A stretch of DNA of 11,258 nucleotides from Deltaproteobacteria bacterium (GTDB lineage Bacteria; Myxococcota_A; Polyangia; Polyangiales; Houyiibacteriaceae): the NCBI GenBank assembly GCA_034670305.1, contig JAXMNT010000097.1:1-11258 (forward strand), in the 5' to 3' direction. The notes under the pieces were generated by a model, which worked only from the letters and a program-made list of their open reading frames with translations, searched no databases and was not told the DNA's origin. A program made the position numbers and the translations under genes. Each line of letters starts with the position of its first letter. The stretch's first letter is position 1. This document shows positions 7,577 through 11,258 of this stretch, one piece after another.

Positions 7577-8926
7577 CTACCAGCCGCAGACGTCTTTGGC
7601 GGCCTGCAGATCGGAGCGGACCTCCGCCCAGTTCTGGGTGAGTGACTCGAGGTCCGCCCCCGGAAGCGTCTTGGCGAGGAAACGGCGCACGGTGGGACCT
7701 GGGTTGCTGGAGAACCCGCTTGAGAGCGCTTCGACCTCGTACTGGAGGTCGGTGAGGTCCACACCGGTGTTGATGTCGGGGTCCCCGGAGTTCATCTCGT
7801 CGTTCATGTTCTCGCCCGCGAGGAGCACGGCCACCCGGCTGAGCCGCATGCCCGCGAAGAGCTGCGCGGTGCGGCACCGGACCGGCGCTTCGTCCGACCA
7901 CGCGGCCACGGATTGAAGTGCGGCCTTCACGACCTCGAGGTCCGGTTCGAACGCCTCCCAAGTGCCGCCGGGGCTGCGCACCAGAGCGGCCCGCAGCTGG
8001 TCGCCAGACGCTGGATCGATGGGCGCGACGAAGTCGTGGAGCCGCTGCAAGAGCCGGTTTCGAGTGCGGCGTTTGTTCACGATCTCTTCGCCTTCGAATG
8101 GGATGCCGGTGTCGATGAAGGCGACCGCGACGACTTCGCGCTCGTGCGTGGCCCACGCCCCCGCGAAGCTGTGGAGGAACTGGCGGTGCGCTTCGTCGAA
8201 GCCCTCGCGGTCCGGCGGGGTGGGGGCGGCGCGGGTGGGCAGTTCGTTCAGCCTGTAGAGCGGGAAGCGGCTGTTGGCTTCGGCGCTGGGCGCGCGGCCG
8301 AGCACGCGAAGGTCCGAGATGCAGGCCTCCCGCCAGTCGGCGTTGCTGCCCGGCTGCACGGCGGCGATCTCGATGCGGTAGGTGCCGGGTCCGCCGGTGA
8401 CCGGGATGCGCTGGCGTTCCCGGTTGTCAGGATCGAGCGCGTGGGTGAGCAGCTCTTCTCCGTCGCGCGAGATCTTCACGGACGTGACGCGGTGGTTGCC
8501 GGTGAAGAGGTCCTCGCCGCCAGGTTTCGTGTACGTGTATCCGGCGGTCATCTCGATGCCGGTGACCGTCGCGCCGTCGGGGATGCGGACGTCGATCCAG
8601 GTGCCGACCAGCGCGCCGGTCGAGGAGTTGAACGCGGTCTCGAGATCGTCGTCGAAGAGTTTGCCGAGCTCGGTCGAGCGGTCTCGGTAGGCGGAGGACG
8701 CGGCGACCTCGGTCGGGAGGGCGCGCAAGAGATCGACTTCTGGTCCGACTGCTGCGGGCGCTTCGGCCGCTTCGGGGGTGGCCGCTTCGGGGTTCGCCAC
8801 CGCGGGAGTGGCCTCTGGGGTTTCGATGGGCGCGGTGCCCGGTCCCACGGTGGGATCCGGCGCGGGTTCTTCGCCTCCACACGCAATCAAGAGCCCGAGC
8901 ACACAGACGAACGACTTCGAAGACAT
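7577..8926 (-). CDS. Lipoprotein with a discoidin/F5-8 type C-like (NADase-type glycan-binding-like) domain and a helical C-terminal domain (449 aa)
   Basis: SD-like AAGGGG upstream; MSSKSFVCVLGLLIAC lipobox; P/A/E linker; AASS...LFDDDLETAF...GTWI...GY...FTGNHRV...ISDLRVLG. Confidence 0.8.
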   Translation of the reverse strand: MSSKSFVCVLGLLIACGGEEPAPDPTVGPGTAPIETPEATPAVANPEAATPEAAEAPAAVGPEVDLLRALPTEVAASSAYRDRSTELGKLFDDDLETAFNSSTGALVGTWIDVRIPDGATVTGIEMTAGYTYTKPGGEDLFTGNHRVTSVKISRDGEELLTHALDPDNRERQRIPVTGGPGTYRIEIAAVQPGSNADWREACISDLRVLGRAPSAEANSRFPLYRLNELPTRAAPTPPDREGFDEAHRQFLHSFAGAWATHEREVVAVAFIDTGIPFEGEEIVNKRRTRNRLLQRLHDFVAPIDPASGDQLRAALVRSPGGTWEAFEPDLEVVKAALQSVAAWSDEAPVRCRTAQLFAGMRLSRVAVLLAGENMNDEMNSGDPDINTGVDLTDLQYEVEALSSGFSSNPGPTVRRFLAKTLPGADLESLTQNWAEVRSDLQAAKDVCGW

Positions 8927-9027
8927 CACACCCCCTTGGAGGCGCGCACGGTAGGACGCGCTTTCCGGGCAACACAAGACGGAACTGCCGCGTTGCGGGG
9001 TCGATGGGTTGAGGGGATGGTGCCGCC

Positions 9028-9525
9028 ATGCAGATCCGCCTCGTCTCTCGTCTCCGATTCGCCCCCGTGGTCCTTCTGATGTGCGGACTGACCGCCTGTG
9101 GTGGAGACGACGACGGCGCGGTGGATGCGGCGGCGGCAGACGTCGGGGTGGATGCGCAGTCGACCGTCGACGCAGGTACCGACGCACCCCCGACGGATGC
9201 AGGCGGAGAGGATGCCGGAATCGATGCCGGAGTGGACGCCGGAAGCGATGCTGGCACCGACGCCGGAAGCGACGCCGGAAGCGACGCGGGCACCGACGCC
9301 GGCACGGACGCAGGCCTGGACGGGGGCACCGACGCTGGGCGCACGGTCGTCGAGGGGATGCCGTGCGCGCGGCGCCTGGGAACCTGTGAGGTCGACACGG
9401 ACTGCATGCCGTCTGGCTGCAGCGGCGAGACGTGCGCCGCGGAGTCCATCTTCTCGACCTGCGACTGCACCGCCCCCGCGGCGAGCTGCGGCTGCGTGGC
9501 CGGCTCCTGCGCCTGGTACAACTGA
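9028..9525 (+). CDS. Lipoprotein with DAGx repeat stalk and C-terminal eight-cysteine-cluster-like domain (165 aa)
   Basis: SD-like GAGGGG upstream; LTAC lipobox; C-terminus CEVDTDCMPSGCSGETC...STC.C.....CGCVAGSCAW. Confidence 0.85.
   Translation: MQIRLVSRLRFAPVVLLMCGLTACGGDDDGAVDAAAADVGVDAQSTVDAGTDAPPTDAGGEDAGIDAGVDAGSDAGTDAGSDAGSDAGTDAGTDAGLDGGTDAGRTVVEGMPCARRLGTCEVDTDCMPSGCSGETCAAESIFSTCDCTAPAASCGCVAGSCAWYN
9211..9339 (+). repeat. 12-bp degenerate coding repeat, about 11 units encoding D-A-G-x
   Basis: DAGI DAGV DAGS DAGT DAGS DAGS DAGT DAGT DAGL DGGT DAG. Confidence 0.95.
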
Positions 9526-9594
9526 GAGGCCAAGTCACGCGCAACCGGTTCGTCGGCGCGTCGAGAACCGTCCCGTTCAACACGGGAGCAGGTC

Positions 9595-9885
9595 ATGGCC
9601 AAGAAGCAGAAGGTTCGGAGCACACATTCATTGCACAGCCGGCGGGGTCGGCGCGCGAAGGAGGAGGAGTGGCTGATGGCGCTCGCGGCGGAACCGGTTC
9701 CGGTCGGGTCCGGGGTGTGTGAGTTCGGCCAGGGCCAGCACGCGTACGTGAAGACCAATCACATCGATGGGTCGACGCGGATCTTCTGGTTCCGAAGTTC
9801 GGCGGCAGCGACCCGAGCGGCGCAGGTCGGTGTCCAGGCGGAGGAACCGATGGCGTGGGACCTGGATTGGTTGCAGGCGGGGTAG
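9595..9885 (+). CDS. Hypothetical protein (96 aa)
   Basis: GGGAG upstream of the ATG; non-shadow-like composition with a basic N-terminus; fills the intergenic gap. Confidence 0.6.
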   Translation: MAKKQKVRSTHSLHSRRGRRAKEEEWLMALAAEPVPVGSGVCEFGQGQHAYVKTNHIDGSTRIFWFRSSAAATRAAQVGVQAEEPMAWDLDWLQAG

Positions 9886-9961
9886 CGGGAACGCGGCGCA
9901 CGGAACTCGGAGCGGGCTCCGCTGAGAGCGGATCTCGCGGCGGAGCACGGAGCGCGGAACA
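9886..9961 (+). repeat. Degenerate 7-mer repeats (CGGARCN) flanking a short hairpin
   Basis: cggcgca cggaact cggagcg (9894-9914), hairpin TCCGCT-gag-AGCGGA (9918-9932), then cggagca cggagcg cggaaca (9941-9961). Confidence 0.7.
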
Positions 9962-9964
9962 CTG

Positions 9965-9998
9965 AGGGCAAGGGCAAGGGCAAGGGCAAGGGCAAGGG
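9965..9998 (+). repeat. Perfect (AGGGCA)5 hexamer tract, copy 2
   Basis: agggca x5 plus aggg. It runs into a small hairpin GCAAGG/CCTTGC and then the reductase stop codon. Confidence 0.95.
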
Positions 9999-10006
9999 AC
10001 CTTGCT

Positions 10007-11119
10007 CTACGGCTGTCCTCTTTTCGCCAGCTTCATGTGGCCGCGTTGGATGCCTTCGTCGACGAGGGCGCGGAGGGCGGCGAGGTTGCACGCGAGACCG
10101 ACCGCGGTGGCCTCCGCTTCGAGGACGCGCCGGGTGAGCGGGCGGGCGGCGAGCGCGGCGGCGCGGTGGAGGCGGCGCGCGCCGCCGACGACGCCAAGCG
10201 CGAGGGGCAACTCGAGTACGCCGTACAGAGTCTCGTCCGCGTGGGTCCAGGTCGCGAGTGGCTGGTAGGCGCCGGTCGACGCAGCCCATGCGTGGGCGCC
10301 GGCGGAGACCGCGCGCCAGTCGTTGCCGGTCGCGACCGCCACCGCTTCGATGCCGTTGAGCACGCCCTTGTTGTGGGTGCAGGCTCGGGCCGGATCGAGC
10401 GCGGCGATGCGCGAGGCGAGCGCGATGCGGGAGGCGACGTGCGCGCCGCCGACCGCCGCTTCGGGGACCGCGAGTTCGACGCGGGTGCGGCGACCGGCGC
10501 AGAGGTTGGTGAGGATCGCCATGACGACCTCGCCGCCGAGCACCTTCGCCAGCACGGGCGCGACCGCTTCGGCGACGGTGTCGGTGAGGTTCGCGCCCAT
10601 CGCCTCCTGGCAGTCGACGTCGAGTTCGACGCACACGAGATCCGGCGCGAGGCGACGCACTCGGAGATCGCGGGCGCCGCCGCCCCGCGCGACCAGGTTC
10701 GGCACCGACGCGTCCGCTGCTTCGCGGACCTGCGACTCGTCCGCCGCGGTGAGGACCTCACCCGCGTTCTGAAGATGGATCTGCGCGGTCATCACGCCGC
10801 CCATCGACGTGCTGCGAAAGCCGACGTTCTGAGCCGCGCGCGCCATCTTCGCGCCGTGGTTCGCCGCGGCGACGACGGAGGGCTCTTCGATCGCCATCGG
10901 CACGACGTGCGCGGCTCCGTCGAGGGGCAGCCCCACCACGAGGCCGAGCGGCAGGCCGTGCACGCCGACGACCTGTTCGCTCAAGCGCTCGGCGTCGGCG
11001 ATCGTGAGGCCGGCCTCGGCGAGCGCCGCGTCGACTTCGACGGCCGAGACGCCGAGGGTCTTCGCCCAGCGGGCGCGCCGCTCCTGCACGCTGCCCTCCC
11101 GCCATGTGCGCTCCGACAT
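10007..11119 (-). CDS. mvaA: Class II 3-hydroxy-3-methylglutaryl-CoA reductase (370 aa)
   Basis: EQVVG, PMAIEEPSVVAAA, RGGG, EAMGAN, THNKGVLNG, ATGNDWRA, VGLACNLAALRAL and GIQRGHM. Confidence 0.95.
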   Translation of the reverse strand: MSERTWREGSVQERRARWAKTLGVSAVEVDAALAEAGLTIADAERLSEQVVGVHGLPLGLVVGLPLDGAAHVVPMAIEEPSVVAAANHGAKMARAAQNVGFRSTSMGGVMTAQIHLQNAGEVLTAADESQVREAADASVPNLVARGGGARDLRVRRLAPDLVCVELDVDCQEAMGANLTDTVAEAVAPVLAKVLGGEVVMAILTNLCAGRRTRVELAVPEAAVGGAHVASRIALASRIAALDPARACTHNKGVLNGIEAVAVATGNDWRAVSAGAHAWAASTGAYQPLATWTHADETLYGVLELPLALGVVGGARRLHRAAALAARPLTRRVLEAEATAVGLACNLAALRALVDEGIQRGHMKLAKRGQP

Positions 11120-11125
11120 GGCCAG

Positions 11126-11131
11126 AGCATA
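11126..11131 (-). promoter_or_regulatory. Putative -10 element (TATGCT) of leaderless mvaA
   Basis: TANNNT exactly 6 nt upstream of ATG 11119; no Shine-Dalgarno. Confidence 0.55.
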
Positions 11132-11137
11132 CGCGCT

Positions 11138-11183
11138 CTAGCAGGTTGCTGAAGAACGCCCGCAGGGCGTTCTCGCAGCCTGC
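11138..11183. mobile_element. IS-end-like palindromic mini-element (MITE/REP-like)
   Basis: CTAGCAGGTTGCTGAA matches the reverse complement of 196-211 at 15/16 positions. It folds as GCAGGTTGC/GCAGCCTGC plus a perfect AGAACGCCC-gca-GGGCGTTCT stem. Confidence 0.55.
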
Positions 11184-11216
11184 CCCTTGCCCCTGCCCTT
11201 GCCTTTGCCCTTGCCC
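11184..11216 (-). repeat. Degenerate (GGGCAA)n tract on the minus strand, copy 3
   Basis: Plus strand reads cccttg cccctg cccttg cctttg cccttg ccc. Confidence 0.9.
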
Positions 11217-11221
11217 GCGGA

Positions 11222-11258
11222 TCAGCGGTCAGATCGCTTGATCAGCGCGACGAGCATC
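11222..11258 (-). CDS. Possible 3' end of an upstream gene (four-helix-bundle-like C-terminus), truncated by the window edge
   Basis: Minus frame reads MLVALIKRSDR*. Only 11 residues are visible. Confidence 0.3.
   Translation of the reverse strand, partial: MLVALIKRSDR

Noticed and set aside
5542-9339. Tandem repeats as a CRISPR array
   Set aside because: No spacers, units are multiples of 3 within coding linkers, and no cas genes are present.
5487-9583. Long versions of ORFs 5487..7535, 5772..8156 and 7577..9583
   Set aside because: The extensions are antisense or off-frame to neighbouring genes. The true starts are internal.
9584-9594. GGGAGCAGGTC identical to 181-191
   Set aside because: An isolated 11-mer that doubles as the ribosome-binding region. 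It has no hairpin or tract and is likely chance.
10037-11152. 371-aa ORF antisense to mvaA
   Set aside because: Mirror frame expected from GC3 codon bias, with no independent evidence.

Overview
Very GC-rich bacterial DNA. The many lipoproteins with Asp-Ala-Gly-rich linkers suggest a myxobacterium such as Polyangiales/Sandaracinaceae; this is inference. About 12 complete genes are present. Seven are predicted lipoproteins, including a PGRS-like glycine-rich protein, a VWA protein translationally coupled to a secreted beta-rich protein, a discoidin-like protein and a small protein with an eight-cysteine-cluster-like domain. The others include a TDP2-like EEP phosphodiesterase, a stand-alone UvrC/Cho-like GIY-YIG nuclease and a class II HMG-CoA reductase lacking most of its C-terminal flap. 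The left edge carries the probable 3' end of an IS5-like transposase and its terminal repeat ending in CTAG, and an inverted copy of that end lies upstream of the reductase at the right edge. The most unexplained signal is a non-coding module, a (GGGCAA)n tract fused to a hairpin, found three times. Three genes show an exact TANNNT-6nt-start leaderless promoter signature. No complete novel system can be demonstrated from the sequence alone. Most long ORFs in the supplied track are GC-rich shadow frames.
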